A stretch of DNA of 64,000 nt from Sedimentisphaerales bacterium (GCA_040772485.1 JAXGYC010000008.1:32001-96000); one strand, 5' to 3'; positions 47,529 through 58,040 are shown, counted from the stretch's first letter. Notes: generated by a model not told the origin, from the sequence alone. Program-made: numbers and translations.

Positions 47529-49394
47529 ATGGACTTACCCTTTCTGGATTTGGGCATCATCGCCGCGTACCTGGTCGTCACCATTCTGCTGGGCCTGTGG
47601 GTGTCGAAACGCGCCTCCCGGGACCTGGACTCCTACTTCCTGGGCGGCAAGACCATTCCGTGGTACATCCTGGGCATCTCGAACGCCTCCGGCCAGTTCG
47701 ACATTACCGGGACCATGCTGCTGGTCTACTGGTGCTTCGCCTACGGGCTCAAGAGCGTCTGGTTCCCCTGGGTCTGGCCCACGTTCAACCAGATCTTCCT
47801 GATGATGTATCTGGCCACGTGGCTGCGGCGTTCCAACGTCCTGACCGGGGCCGAGTGGATTCAGACCCGCTTCGGCCGGGGACGCGGGGCTAACCTGGCC
47901 CACATCAGCGTGGTCGTTTTCGCGTTGATCACCGTGATCGGTTTCGTCGCGTACGCGTTCAAGGGAATCGGGAAATTCGCCGACATTCTGCTTCCATGGA
48001 GCCTGTCCCCGAACACCTACGCGATCATCATCCTTTCGATCACATCCATCTACGTGGTCAAAGGCGGGATGCACAGCGTGGTCCTGACGGAGCTTCTCCA
48101 GTTTACGATCATGACGGTGGTCTCGATCGCCGTCGGCGTCATCGCCATCGTCCACGTCAAGCCGGAGATGATCGACGCGATGGTGCCCGAAGGGTGGCGC
48201 AGTCTGTGGTTTGGATGGACCATGGACATCGAGTGGACCGGCGCATTCGAGATGATCCAGGTCAAGATGGCCGAGGACGGGATGTCCCTCTTCTCGATCT
48301 TCTTCGGCTTGATGGTGTTCAAAGGGATTCTGGCAAGCATGGCCGGGCCTTCACCGAACTACGATATGCAGCGGGTCCTGGCGGCGCGCAATCAGCGTGA
48401 AGCATCCCTCATGAGCGCGACCGTGAACGTGGCACTGTATTTCCCCCGTTACATGCTGATCGCTGGCTTGACCGTCCTGGCCCTGGCCCCGCTGAAGGAC
48501 ACACTGGTTCAGATGTGGAACGCCGCGGTGCAGGCCGGCGAAAAGCCGGACTTCGAGCAGATCCTGCCCGTGGTGATTCAGAACCCGGTCATCCCCACCG
48601 GCCTGACGGGATTGCTGCTGGCCGGTCTGTTGGCAGCGTTCATGTCCACATTCGCGGCGACGGTCAACGCCGGTCCTGCCTACGTGGTCAACGATATCTA
48701 CAAGCGGTTCATCAATCCCAAGGCGCCGAACAGGACCCAGGTCCGACTGAGCTATGTCGTCTCGATCATCGTAGTGGGCATTGGCATCGCATTCGGGTTT
48801 CAAGCGGAGAATATCCACAAGATAACGATGTGGATCGTCGGCGGGCTATATGGCGGCTACGTCGCGGCCAACGTGCTCAAATGGCATTGGTGGCGATTCA
48901 ATGGCTACGGCTTCTTCTGGGGTCTGATCATCGGCATTGCCGGTGCCCTGTTCGTGCCGTCCCTGGTCCAGCGGTGGTGGCCCGGAACCAACACCTTGTA
49001 TACCTTCCCGCCGATCTTCGTCCTGTCCGTTGTGGGATCACTGCTCGGGACGTTCTTGAGCAAACCCGAGGACGATGAGGTGCTCAAAAGGTTCTACCGC
49101 ACGGTCCGCCCCTGGGGCTTCTGGGGCCCGATCCGCGCGAAGGTCGTGGCCGAAGATCCGAATTTCCGCCCCAACGAGGACTTCCGGCGGGACATGTTCA
49201 ACATCGTCATCGGCACCATCTGGCAGACGACCCTGGTGGTCCTGCCGATCTGTCTGGTCATTCGGGAATCGAAGGGCATCGTCGGTGCCCTGGTCGTTCT
49301 CGTCGTGACCAGCGTCGTGTTGAAGAAGAGCTGGTACGACCATCTGCCGCCCGCCGACGCGGATACGAAGGCCAAAGACCAAGTGGTTTCGTAG
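47529..49394 (+). CDS. Sodium:solute symporter (SSS family), probable oligosaccharide importer
   Basis: Many TM helices; YFLGGK.IPW, SNASGQFDITGT, YDMQRVLA, GLLAAFMST, KWHWWRFNG. Confidence 0.9.
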   Translation: MDLPFLDLGIIAAYLVVTILLGLWVSKRASRDLDSYFLGGKTIPWYILGISNASGQFDITGTMLLVYWCFAYGLKSVWFPWVWPTFNQIFLMMYLATWLRRSNVLTGAEWIQTRFGRGRGANLAHISVVVFALITVIGFVAYAFKGIGKFADILLPWSLSPNTYAIIILSITSIYVVKGGMHSVVLTELLQFTIMTVVSIAVGVIAIVHVKPEMIDAMVPEGWRSLWFGWTMDIEWTGAFEMIQVKMAEDGMSLFSIFFGLMVFKGILASMAGPSPNYDMQRVLAARNQREASLMSATVNVALYFPRYMLIAGLTVLALAPLKDTLVQMWNAAVQAGEKPDFEQILPVVIQNPVIPTGLTGLLLAGLLAAFMSTFAATVNAGPAYVVNDIYKRFINPKAPNRTQVRLSYVVSIIVVGIGIAFGFQAENIHKITMWIVGGLYGGYVAANVLKWHWWRFNGYGFFWGLIIGIAGALFVPSLVQRWWPGTNTLYTFPPIFVLSVVGSLLGTFLSKPEDDEVLKRFYRTVRPWGFWGPIRAKVVAEDPNFRPNEDFRRDMFNIVIGTIWQTTLVVLPICLVIRESKGIVGALVVLVVTSVVLKKSWYDHLPPADADTKAKDQVVS

Positions 49395-49413
49395 GATGGG
49401 CTTCAGCCCATGC
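49391..49413 (+). repeat. Single GTAG REP whose TAG is the symporter stop codon
   Basis: GTAGGATGGGCTTCAGCCCATGC; one mismatch to the copies at 58389-58446. Confidence 0.8.
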
Positions 49414-49450
49414 GGCTCCCCGTGTTCTGATTCCGAAGGAGACATTGGCT

Positions 49451-50656
49451 ATGGATACGCAGGCATTCGAGAGGCGATACAAGGAGCTTGTGGATGCCCA
49501 CGAAGCCCTGATCGTTCGCAAGAACCAGAAGCAAACGCCGGGCAACGGAGTGTTCGATCGCTACGTGTACCCGGTGCTCACTGCCGATCACACGCCGCTG
49601 TTCTGGCGCTACGATTTCGATCCGGCTGCGAACCCCTATCTGATGGAACGGATGGGCATCAACAGCGTCTTCAACGCCGGCGCGATCGAGTGGGAGGGAA
49701 AGTGCTGCGTCGTCGCCCGGGTGGAGAGCTATCATCGCAAGTCGTTCTTCGCCGTCACCGAGAGCGCCAACGGGATCGACAACTTCCACTTCTGGGACCG
49801 TCCGATTGTGATGCCGGAGGCGTCCGAGGAGGAGATGAACGTCTACGACATCCGGCTGACGCGCCACGAGGATGGCTGGATCTACGGGACGTTCTGTGCC
49901 GAGCGTCACGACCCCGCGCAGCCGGACAATCCGCCCGCCGCCCTGGCCAGGGCCGGGATCGCTCGCACCAGGGATCTGAAGACGTGGGAGCGATTGCCTG
50001 ATTTGAAGACCCCGTCGGCCCAGCAGCGCAATTACGTCCTGCACCCGGAGTTTGTCGACGGCAAGTACGCCTTCTACACCCGGCCGATGCGCGAATTCAA
50101 GGCCGCCGGGTGCAGCACCGGAATCGGCTGGGCCCTCTGCGACGATGTCACGAATGCTGTCATCGAAGATGAGTCGCTGATTATGGACCCGTGCCGCTAC
50201 CACACCATCGTCGAGGGCAAGAACGGCCAGGGCCCGCCGCCGTTGAAGACGGACAAGGGGTGGCTGCACCTCGCCCACGGCGTGTGGGAAAACGCCGACG
50301 GGCTGCGGTACGTTCTGTACATGTTCCTGTCCGACCTTCACGAGCCGTGGCGGATCACGCATCGGCCGGCAGGTTATTTCATGGCGCCGCGCGGCATCGA
50401 GCGCGTCGGCGATGTCTCCGACGTCCTGTTCGCCAACGGCTGGATCGCCCGGGACAATGGCGACGTGTTCATCTACTACGGCTCCTCGGACACGCGCGTT
50501 CACGTCGTGACCAGCACGATCGACCGGCTGCTGGACTACGTCCTCCACACGCCGCCCGACGGCGGCCGGGCCTTCGCGTGTGTGCGGCAGCGCTGCGAGC
50601 TGATCGAGAAGAACCTCGCCAATCCCCGCTGCAAGGCGATGGCCATGAAGTCCTGA
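49451..50656 (+). CDS. GH130 beta-mannoside phosphorylase (4-O-beta-mannosyl-glucose phosphorylase-like)
   Basis: PVLTADHTPLFWRYD, ERMGINSVFNAGAI, RKSFFAV.ES.NGID, NVYDIRLT, QQRNYVLHPE, KNGQG, RVGDVS, IYYGSSDTR. Confidence 0.9.
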   Translation: MDTQAFERRYKELVDAHEALIVRKNQKQTPGNGVFDRYVYPVLTADHTPLFWRYDFDPAANPYLMERMGINSVFNAGAIEWEGKCCVVARVESYHRKSFFAVTESANGIDNFHFWDRPIVMPEASEEEMNVYDIRLTRHEDGWIYGTFCAERHDPAQPDNPPAALARAGIARTRDLKTWERLPDLKTPSAQQRNYVLHPEFVDGKYAFYTRPMREFKAAGCSTGIGWALCDDVTNAVIEDESLIMDPCRYHTIVEGKNGQGPPPLKTDKGWLHLAHGVWENADGLRYVLYMFLSDLHEPWRITHRPAGYFMAPRGIERVGDVSDVLFANGWIARDNGDVFIYYGSSDTRVHVVTSTIDRLLDYVLHTPPDGGRAFACVRQRCELIEKNLANPRCKAMAMKS

Positions 50657-50691
50657 GGAACGGGCAGATTTCTGGAATGAGGTGACGTCCG

Positions 50692-51876
50692 ATGAGAGAA
50701 CACAGCAGAACACGTATCCTCCAAGTCGCCGTGGCCCTGGCGGCGACGCTGGTGATGGCGGCGGGTTGCCACAGCTTCTCAAAGCCTGCCGAGAAGAAGT
50801 ATAACGTGGTGGCCTATGTCGCCGGTTATCGTGATTTCGATTTCTCCACCATCCAGGCCGACAAGATCACGCACATCAACTATGCCTTCGTCAACGTGGT
50901 TGACGGCCAGGTGCACTTCGACACCAGCATCGACAACACGCCTTTGAAGAAGGACGACATCTTCAAACTGCACGCCCTGAAGAAGACCAACCCTGACCTC
51001 AAGGTGCTGGTCTCCGTGGGCGGCTGGACCTGGTCGGGGGGCTTTTCCGACGCCGCGTTGACGGAGGATTCCCGGCGCAGGTTTGCCGCCGGTGCGGCCG
51101 CGTTCGTCGACGCCTACGATCTCGATGGCATCGATCTCGACTGGGAATACCCCAACAGCCCCGGCGCCGGCAACGTCTACCGGCCCCAGGATGTGCAGAA
51201 CTTCACGCTACTGCTTCAAGCCGTGCGCGAGGAGTTGGACAAACTGTCCGCCCGGAAGCCGGACCACACACACTACCTGCTGACGATTGCGACGGGTGCG
51301 AATCAACACTACGTCGACAACACCGAGCTGGGCAAGCTCTGTCGCTACCTCGATTTCCTGAACATCATGACCTACGATTTCTACCATGGCGGGGACCATC
51401 GCACGGGACATCACAGCAACTTCCGGCCGTCTTCGTCGCCGGAGCGGGACAAGAACAGCATCGTCCACGCCGTCGATCTGCACATCCAAGCGGGTGTTCC
51501 GCCGCACAAGATCAACCTGGGGATCCCCTTTTATGGCCGCAAGTGGGCGGGGGTCAAGAGCGGCGAGAATCACGGCCTGTTCCAGGAGGCCGAGTCCGTC
51601 GGCGACATCGTTTTCTACCGCCAGATTGTGCCGTGCCTGCGCGACGACGCTTATCAGCAGCACTGGGACGAGGCGGCCCAGGCCCCGTATCTGTGGAATC
51701 CCGAAGAAGCGATCTTCATCTCCTACGAGAACGCCCGGTCCATGACCGCCAAGGTCCAGTATCTCAAGGCCAAGGGCTTGGGCGGAGTTATGTTCTGGGA
51801 GTACAGCGACGACTATAACGGCGAGTTGCTCGGCGCTCTCGATCGAGCTCTGGCCGGCGCAGGCGATACTCCTTGA
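50692..51876 (+). CDS. GH18 chitinase-family lipoprotein
   Basis: Lipobox AAGC; ITHINYAF, SVGGW, DGIDLDWEYP (intact DxDxE), MTYDF, GIPFYG, GGVMFWE. Confidence 0.92.
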   Translation: MREHSRTRILQVAVALAATLVMAAGCHSFSKPAEKKYNVVAYVAGYRDFDFSTIQADKITHINYAFVNVVDGQVHFDTSIDNTPLKKDDIFKLHALKKTNPDLKVLVSVGGWTWSGGFSDAALTEDSRRRFAAGAAAFVDAYDLDGIDLDWEYPNSPGAGNVYRPQDVQNFTLLLQAVREELDKLSARKPDHTHYLLTIATGANQHYVDNTELGKLCRYLDFLNIMTYDFYHGGDHRTGHHSNFRPSSSPERDKNSIVHAVDLHIQAGVPPHKINLGIPFYGRKWAGVKSGENHGLFQEAESVGDIVFYRQIVPCLRDDAYQQHWDEAAQAPYLWNPEEAIFISYENARSMTAKVQYLKAKGLGGVMFWEYSDDYNGELLGALDRALAGAGDTP

Positions 51877-51946
51877 ACGACCGGCGGCTGCCTCAGAGGG
51901 ATGACCTATCCTGTCTGGGTGCGCTTCAGGTTAGATCGTAGCGCAG

Positions 51947-52606
51947 TCACCCGTCGCGCTCGATTGTCCCATTCCGCAGATGGATGGTTCGGGTGGCGAG
52001 TTCCTGTGCGGCCGGACCATGCGTCGCGATGACGACGGTCCCACCGGCGCGATGGAAATCGCGAAGGTGACCGAGCACGGACGCGGCGCTGTCGGGATCG
52101 AGATTGCCCGTCGGTTCGTCGGCAAGAATCACCTTTGGCCGGTTCAGCAGAGCTCTGGCCATCGCGGCCCGCTGCCTTTCGCCCGTGCTCAACTGGGCCG
52201 GTCTGTGGTCCATGCGATGCTGCAAGCCAAGCCGTTGCAGAAGCTCCCTTGCACGGCCGCCATCGCGGCCTCCGACCGCGCCGCCTGCCAGAAGGACATT
52301 CTCAAGGACGTTCAGATACGGCACAAGATGGAACATCTGAAACACGAATCCGATGTTCCTTGCCCGAAATATCGCTCGCTCGGAGCCGGCCATCCCGTAG
52401 ATGTCCTGCTCCTCGAATCGCACCGTTCCCGCACTCGGGCGGAGCATAGCCGCAATCGTCATCAGCAGGGTCGTCTTGCCGCTGCCGCTCGGCCCGCACA
52501 CGGCAACGAACTGGTCCTTGTCGATTCGCAGGCTGACACCATCGAGCGCTTTCACCTCGCCGTTCGGCGTCCTGTAGGTCTTGGTCACGTCCTGGCATTG
52601 CAGCAT
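51947..52606 (-). CDS. ABC ATP-binding protein, LolD/MacB type
   Basis: GPSGSGKTT, IGFVFQMFHLVP, LSTGERQR, ILADEPTGNLD, ATH. Confidence 0.92.
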   Translation of the reverse strand: MLQCQDVTKTYRTPNGEVKALDGVSLRIDKDQFVAVCGPSGSGKTTLLMTIAAMLRPSAGTVRFEEQDIYGMAGSERAIFRARNIGFVFQMFHLVPYLNVLENVLLAGGAVGGRDGGRARELLQRLGLQHRMDHRPAQLSTGERQRAAMARALLNRPKVILADEPTGNLDPDSAASVLGHLRDFHRAGGTVVIATHGPAAQELATRTIHLRNGTIERDG

Positions 52607-52608
52607 AA

Positions 52609-53754
52609 CTACTCCTCCCTCAATGCCTCCGCGGGATCGCAGGTGATCGCGATCATGGTTGGTATGAGGCTGGCGACGATGGCGAACAGCGGCGCGAGAA
52701 TGCAGGCGAAGACCAGCAACGACGGCTCCCAGCGAATCATCGCCTTGGCCGTGATCTCAAAAACGCCCGGACCGTACGCAAGGCCCAGGGTCGTCCCGAG
52801 GAGAAAGCCCACGCCCGCTCCGACCAGGCCCACCAGCACCGCCTTGCCGAGGAACAACAAACTGACGGCCCCCGCGTCGTATCCGAGGGCCCGCAACAGG
52901 CCGATCTCCTGCTGCCTGTCCCGGACGTTCATGGCGGCCAGCACGCCGATCCATACCGCACAGGCCGCGACGACAAACGGCAGCATCAGGGCAAAGATGC
53001 CGTGAACCATCTGCCTTTGTTTCGCCCGGGCGTTCGCAAGGGCCTTGACCTGAAGCACCTGGGCCTCGGGCAGTATGGCGCCGATCTCCTTCCTGAGCAC
53101 GGCGACTGGATCGCCCTTCTCGAAACACAGACAATCGACGGCCTTGATCCCGGTGATGCGTCCCGGCTGATTCAGGATTTCCTGGGCATCGCCGAGGCTG
53201 CACTGCATCCTCACATCGTCCAGCCCGCCGGACTCCGAAAGGCACTTCTTGACCTTCAGATCCTTGCCCCCCAGGGAGATCGTCTGGCCGTCTTTCACTT
53301 GCAGACTTTCGGCGATGCGGTATCCCACGTAGACCGCACCCGGGTCGACCTGAAACGTCATGGGCGGCTTCTTCTGCCCCGGCGGACATACCTCCGGGGC
53401 AATCCCCGTCAGGACGATGTCCATGCCGCGCCAATTCATCCTGCCTTCCAGGGTGGCCAGAAGGTGGTTGTAGGAAATGCTCCGCTGGACCGCGAGTTTG
53501 TCCAGGTAGTCCGCGGGCATCGTCTTGTCGGGAATCCCGTTGAGGAGGAAGGCGCCGGCGTCCGCATCCTTAGCGATGATGTGCACGTTGTAGCCCATCG
53601 AAAGCATCAGCCGGGCCGTCTCCCGCTCCGAGGCCTTCGCCGCCGTGAAGAACGCCACGGAAAAAGCCACCGCCGTCGTGACCGCGAGCACCGCAAGCAC
53701 GAAATTGACCTTGCGATGCCAAATCTCCTTCAACACCATTCGAATCACAGCCAT
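52609..53754 (-). CDS. FtsX/MacB-like ABC permease
   Basis: N-terminal TM, large periplasmic domain, NVRDRQQEIGLLRALG, three C-terminal TMs, DPAEALREE. Confidence 0.88.
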   Translation of the reverse strand: MAVIRMVLKEIWHRKVNFVLAVLAVTTAVAFSVAFFTAAKASERETARLMLSMGYNVHIIAKDADAGAFLLNGIPDKTMPADYLDKLAVQRSISYNHLLATLEGRMNWRGMDIVLTGIAPEVCPPGQKKPPMTFQVDPGAVYVGYRIAESLQVKDGQTISLGGKDLKVKKCLSESGGLDDVRMQCSLGDAQEILNQPGRITGIKAVDCLCFEKGDPVAVLRKEIGAILPEAQVLQVKALANARAKQRQMVHGIFALMLPFVVAACAVWIGVLAAMNVRDRQQEIGLLRALGYDAGAVSLLFLGKAVLVGLVGAGVGFLLGTTLGLAYGPGVFEITAKAMIRWEPSLLVFACILAPLFAIVASLIPTMIAITCDPAEALREE

Positions 53755-53761
53755 ATGTGTC

Positions 53762-54946
53762 TCAATCCCTTTTCGCTCGCCATAGAATCACCACCGATAT
53801 TGCCGCGACCAGTGCAACCATCCCCCCGAACGAGATCGCCAGGATCAGGCCTCCGGTGTGGGGCGGTTCGCCATCCACGAGGTCCGCTGCGGGCCCGAGG
53901 GTCCCATTGTTGAATCCGGCAGCGGAGGCGTGCGATGAACCCGCTGGCTCGCCCCCGACTTCGATCTCTTGATAGCCGAACGGCGCGCCGGGATCGCCGA
54001 GTCCGCCCATGCCGCGACGGACGATGGACACCATCTCCATCTTCACCATGGGACTTTCCGGGTCGAAACCGAGGCTCGTCGCCACTTTCTGTTGAAGGCT
54101 CTGGTCCCACCGAGCCGGCAACATGGTGCCCTGGAGCCATCGATGGTCAAGGCCGCACTCGCAGTCGGCCCCGATGATCGAAAGAACGCGCAGGAGATTC
54201 GCATCGGTAAGCAACTCGCCTTTGAACAGCGGCCCGATCCACCGGCCCCGACCGTAGAAGACCGCCGCACACGGCTCGTTGATATCCTCCGGTTTCAGGC
54301 CCAGCGTCCAGAGCAGTATGTCCTCGCCGGCCAGAGACGATCGATCGAGCACGACCATCTCGGGACCTCTGGCGATTGCCTTGGGCAGGAATTCCAGTTG
54401 CTCGCCGACATACGAAATCGCATCGGAGACCGCCGCTCGGGCCGCAGCGTTTCGATCCTCCTGGAGTCCCTCGATCAGGAGCACGACCGCATAGCTGTCC
54501 GCCGCCTTCTCGAGGATCTGTCGGCGCGTCGGAGAATCGAGCGCCGCCTCCAACGACAAGGAAACCGCCTCCGTAAGCGATGGGGCATCGGCGGGCAAAG
54601 GCAGCCGCCGGGAGGGACCGTCCGGCGACACCATGACGGCGGCAGGGTAGCTGTCGATCCCATGCGCCGAAAGGAAACGCGAGGCCGGATGGTTCGCATC
54701 GACCCCCGCCGGAACGGGCTCGCAACGGATGTTCGTGTCGACAGAGGCAACATCCAGCGCGTTCTTCAGATCATCAATCTCCCCCGCCCCAACTGCCTGA
54801 GGGACGTATACGAAGAGGCGGTACGGCTCAACCTCAACGTCGATAAAGCCGATTTCTCGAACGTTGTATCGGCAGGCACGCGCCGGATCGACGCACGCGG
54901 CCAGGACACACAAGACAGCCAGATTCCACCACACCAATCGTGTCAC
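53762..54946 (-). CDS. Uncharacterised exported protein with C-terminal membrane anchor
   Basis: GTG start with SD AGGAG; signal ending ARA-C; CRYNVR, FYGRGR, GADCECG; C-terminal TM + RAKRD. Confidence 0.7.
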   Translation of the reverse strand: MTRLVWWNLAVLCVLAACVDPARACRYNVREIGFIDVEVEPYRLFVYVPQAVGAGEIDDLKNALDVASVDTNIRCEPVPAGVDANHPASRFLSAHGIDSYPAAVMVSPDGPSRRLPLPADAPSLTEAVSLSLEAALDSPTRRQILEKAADSYAVVLLIEGLQEDRNAAARAAVSDAISYVGEQLEFLPKAIARGPEMVVLDRSSLAGEDILLWTLGLKPEDINEPCAAVFYGRGRWIGPLFKGELLTDANLLRVLSIIGADCECGLDHRWLQGTMLPARWDQSLQQKVATSLGFDPESPMVKMEMVSIVRRGMGGLGDPGAPFGYQEIEVGGEPAGSSHASAAGFNNGTLGPAADLVDGEPPHTGGLILAISFGGMVALVAAISVVILWRAKRD

Positions 54947-54980
54947 CGAATGCTCCTGCAAGACATACCACCCATCCACG

Positions 54981-57900
54981 CTACCGGCCCTGCCCGACCA
55001 TTCTAACGGAACCGAAACAGAGGACGCGTCCATCGATCAGCGTCACGATCGCCCGGCCGGCGCTGTCCAGGGCAAGGCCCCAGGGAACAGGCGTCGCGGG
55101 CAGCGGCTGCTTCCATTGGATCGCGCCGTGAATCGGGTCCATGGCGATCAATTCCCTGTCCGTCGCCAGCAGAACGGCGTTCCGGCAGACCGCCATGGCC
55201 TGCGCCTTTGCGAACTCAAGAGACCATGCGGGCCTGGTCGAGGGGGCCAGCCGGCCCCAGTTGACCTCGAACCGATTGCCTGGATTGGCCGCGTTGCGCG
55301 CCAGAGTCGCGCGGTCAAAATCACGGAATCCCATCACCTGATGCCCGGCCGCATTCGAGGCCCATACGACAGACGTGTTGCCGGCCGAGGCCAGGAAGGC
55401 CCTGCTGAACACAGTGACATCATAAACGTCGTACGCGGGATGGCCGTAGAACGGCTTTCCACAGGCAACCACCTGGTCCCCCAGCACCGACAGTTCCCAG
55501 CCGCGCGGACTGCGCGAGAAGCACTCTGCCAACTGCGCCGAATCGTTCAGGCATTCGCCGGTCGCCGCGTCGTAGACCGCGGGCGAGATCGACGTCCCGC
55601 CGGACAGATAGAGCTTTCCACCGCGCAGCAGCAGATGTCCCTGGACGCTCACGCCGGTCCGGGCCTGGGGATCAAGGTGGCCCGACGTGCCGTTCTGCCA
55701 CTTCACCGCTCCCGTCCGCGCGTCGAGGGCATACACGTATGTGCCGTCATAGTTGGCAATCCCGGCGGCGGCATAGGCGGTGCCACCCTCGACGAGCACA
55801 CCGGCCGCCACCGGCCACGTGGACATCAGCGTGCCATAGACGGGAATCAGACGCTCGGTCGGGGCCGCGCGAAACCGCCAGAGCAATCGGCCGGACTTCG
55901 CCTCGAAGCAGTACACCCAGCCATCGCCGGACCCGACGTAGGCCCGCCCTTCCCAAATCGTCGGCGGCATGCGGATCGCCCCTCCGGTGTAGCCCTTCCA
56001 TACGGCGGTCCCCAGCGAGGCATTGATGGCGCGCACGACACCGTCGGTCCCGCCGACAAAGACCAGTCCGCCGGCGGCCACGGGCGCAGTGATGCGAGGA
56101 AGGCCCGGAACCGTGGAGACGCCGAGGTCGAAATCCCAGAGCGGCCCCGGTCGCTCGGCTACCCTGCCCGAGGTGGAGGCGCTGCAGGCATTGTCCGCCC
56201 GGAAGGTCGGCCAATCGGCAGGATGATCCACCAGAGGGGCTACCTGTGATTCCGAGTCCTTGCCTCGTTCAAGCCGCGCTGTCTCCGTGGCATCGGGCGC
56301 AAAATCAAATTCACCCGCCGGCGCCAGACACGTGACGCCATACAGGGTCAACTGGCAATCGCACACCGAGGGCCACCAGTACAACAGACCATTGGAGACA
56401 GTCACGCCCTCCTGGCAGACCGGTCGCATCGGGGAGATCCAGCCCGGGCGATTCGAGGCCAGGTCCAACCGGACGGAGCCGCCCTCGGCGCGGAAGAAGA
56501 TCGCGTCGGACGCGCCGGTCGGGCGGGTACACGCCCGGCGAGGCTTGTCGATTTCCGCCAGCACCTTGCCGGTGAGCGGGTCGAACTTCAGGCTCGGGTG
56601 TTTGTCGATCTGGCCGCTGATGCCGTAGAGCCCATCCTCGCGAAGGACAAGCTGGAAGTTACTGTAGGGATGCTCCCAGAGAATGCTGCCATCCACGGCG
56701 GAGACGGCCAGCAGCTTGCCAATGGGCGGGCCGGCGAAATAGAGGGCCTTGTCGCTGCACTTAAGATAGCAGGCGGTTCGCCAGTTCGTCCGCCAGTCCT
56801 GGCGATTCTGGTACTCGCCGAGCGACCGGAACAATTCCGGAGCGTTCTGCGGGGTGCTGCGCCAAAGCTCCCTGCCGTTGCCGGCATCGAGGCCCGCGAG
56901 ATAGCTGCCGAATCGAAAGACGTAAATGCGACCGTGGCTCATGCAGATGGCCCGGCCGTCAATAGGCTCACTCTCGCGATGGCTCCAGAGGACGTCTTTC
57001 GTCTTGAGGTCGATGGCCAGAACGTTGCGGCCGAAGCCCCAGGGATGCTCCGGCTGGTTCCACCCTTCCGAGATGGGGTCCCAAGGCCAGCCGTGTTTGT
57101 CGAGTTTCCATCGCTTCGTGGAGTCGGCCTGCTCCTGCTCGCCGATCATGGCGTACAGGATGCCGTCCTCGATCGCCATCCACTTCCAGAACGTGCCGCC
57201 CGCCTTCTCCACGGGCGGAACGATCTCATTTAGCACCTTGCCGGTGGCAGTGTCGATGACCTTGCACGACTTGTTGTCGCCGATGTAGAGTGCGGCGGGC
57301 GTCGCCACCATCGTGTTGCGATGGATCATGACGCCTTCGGGAAGCTCTCGCTGCCAGAGGATCGTGCCGTTGTACCCATTGAAGGCCACGAGCTTGTTCA
57401 GGAACGGCTCCTCGCGTTCTTTGAAGGCTACGTGCCCGAAGGCCTTGAACACCCGGCCGGCGGAGGTGACGCACACCTGCGGCAGCGGCGCATACCGGGG
57501 CTCGGCCAGAAACTGCGTCAGGTATGGGGCGACGATCACTTCATCGTTCGACTGCGGGTTGTTGTCGGGGCCGTGATAAGGGTGAGTCCAGTCATCCATG
57601 CCCGGCGGGATGGGTTTGGCGATTGTCCTGTCTGCAAACACGGCCTTGCCGCCCGGTCGAAGGACTCGCAGAATCTCCGCCTGGGGAAGATCCGGCGCGC
57701 CGAGAATCGCCGCGGCATCGGCCAGATTGTCGCCCAGATGCAGCCTGGTATCGCCTGCCGCGACGAACACGCGCGTCCCGAGGCAGCCTGCCTCGTCGAT
57801 CGTCTTGCGAGCCGACTCAAGATCCTCTGCCTTCGGGACGTGCAGATAGGTCAGCAAATCGCTCTCTCGGGCAATCGCAACGGCAAGTTCAGATGCCCGG

Positions 57901-58040
57901 TCGCCAACAACAACGCAGATTCCATGGGTGGCTCCCGCCGCGTTGACGACCTGGCCCGGAGATACGCCCGCCCAGACAGCGGACGGTATAGCCGACAGAA
58001 GGAATACCCCGAACAATCGAATGGTCTTTGTGCGATCCAT
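54981..58040 (-). CDS. Secreted methyltransferase-fold + PQQ-like beta-propeller protein
   Basis: Signal peptide; degenerate Rossmann domain (GICVVVG...RVLRPGG); DDWTHPYHGPDNNP; AFNGYNGTILW-type blades; DWPTFRAD; GSGDGWVYCFEA..G.LLWRF. Confidence 0.82.
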   Translation of the reverse strand: MDRTKTIRLFGVFLLSAIPSAVWAGVSPGQVVNAAGATHGICVVVGDRASELAVAIARESDLLTYLHVPKAEDLESARKTIDEAGCLGTRVFVAAGDTRLHLGDNLADAAAILGAPDLPQAEILRVLRPGGKAVFADRTIAKPIPPGMDDWTHPYHGPDNNPQSNDEVIVAPYLTQFLAEPRYAPLPQVCVTSAGRVFKAFGHVAFKEREEPFLNKLVAFNGYNGTILWQRELPEGVMIHRNTMVATPAALYIGDNKSCKVIDTATGKVLNEIVPPVEKAGGTFWKWMAIEDGILYAMIGEQEQADSTKRWKLDKHGWPWDPISEGWNQPEHPWGFGRNVLAIDLKTKDVLWSHRESEPIDGRAICMSHGRIYVFRFGSYLAGLDAGNGRELWRSTPQNAPELFRSLGEYQNRQDWRTNWRTACYLKCSDKALYFAGPPIGKLLAVSAVDGSILWEHPYSNFQLVLREDGLYGISGQIDKHPSLKFDPLTGKVLAEIDKPRRACTRPTGASDAIFFRAEGGSVRLDLASNRPGWISPMRPVCQEGVTVSNGLLYWWPSVCDCQLTLYGVTCLAPAGEFDFAPDATETARLERGKDSESQVAPLVDHPADWPTFRADNACSASTSGRVAERPGPLWDFDLGVSTVPGLPRITAPVAAGGLVFVGGTDGVVRAINASLGTAVWKGYTGGAIRMPPTIWEGRAYVGSGDGWVYCFEAKSGRLLWRFRAAPTERLIPVYGTLMSTWPVAAGVLVEGGTAYAAAGIANYDGTYVYALDARTGAVKWQNGTSGHLDPQARTGVSVQGHLLLRGGKLYLSGGTSISPAVYDAATGECLNDSAQLAECFSRSPRGWELSVLGDQVVACGKPFYGHPAYDVYDVTVFSRAFLASAGNTSVVWASNAAGHQVMGFRDFDRATLARNAANPGNRFEVNWGRLAPSTRPAWSLEFAKAQAMAVCRNAVLLATDRELIAMDPIHGAIQWKQPLPATPVPWGLALDSAGRAIVTLIDGRVLCFGSVRMVGQGR

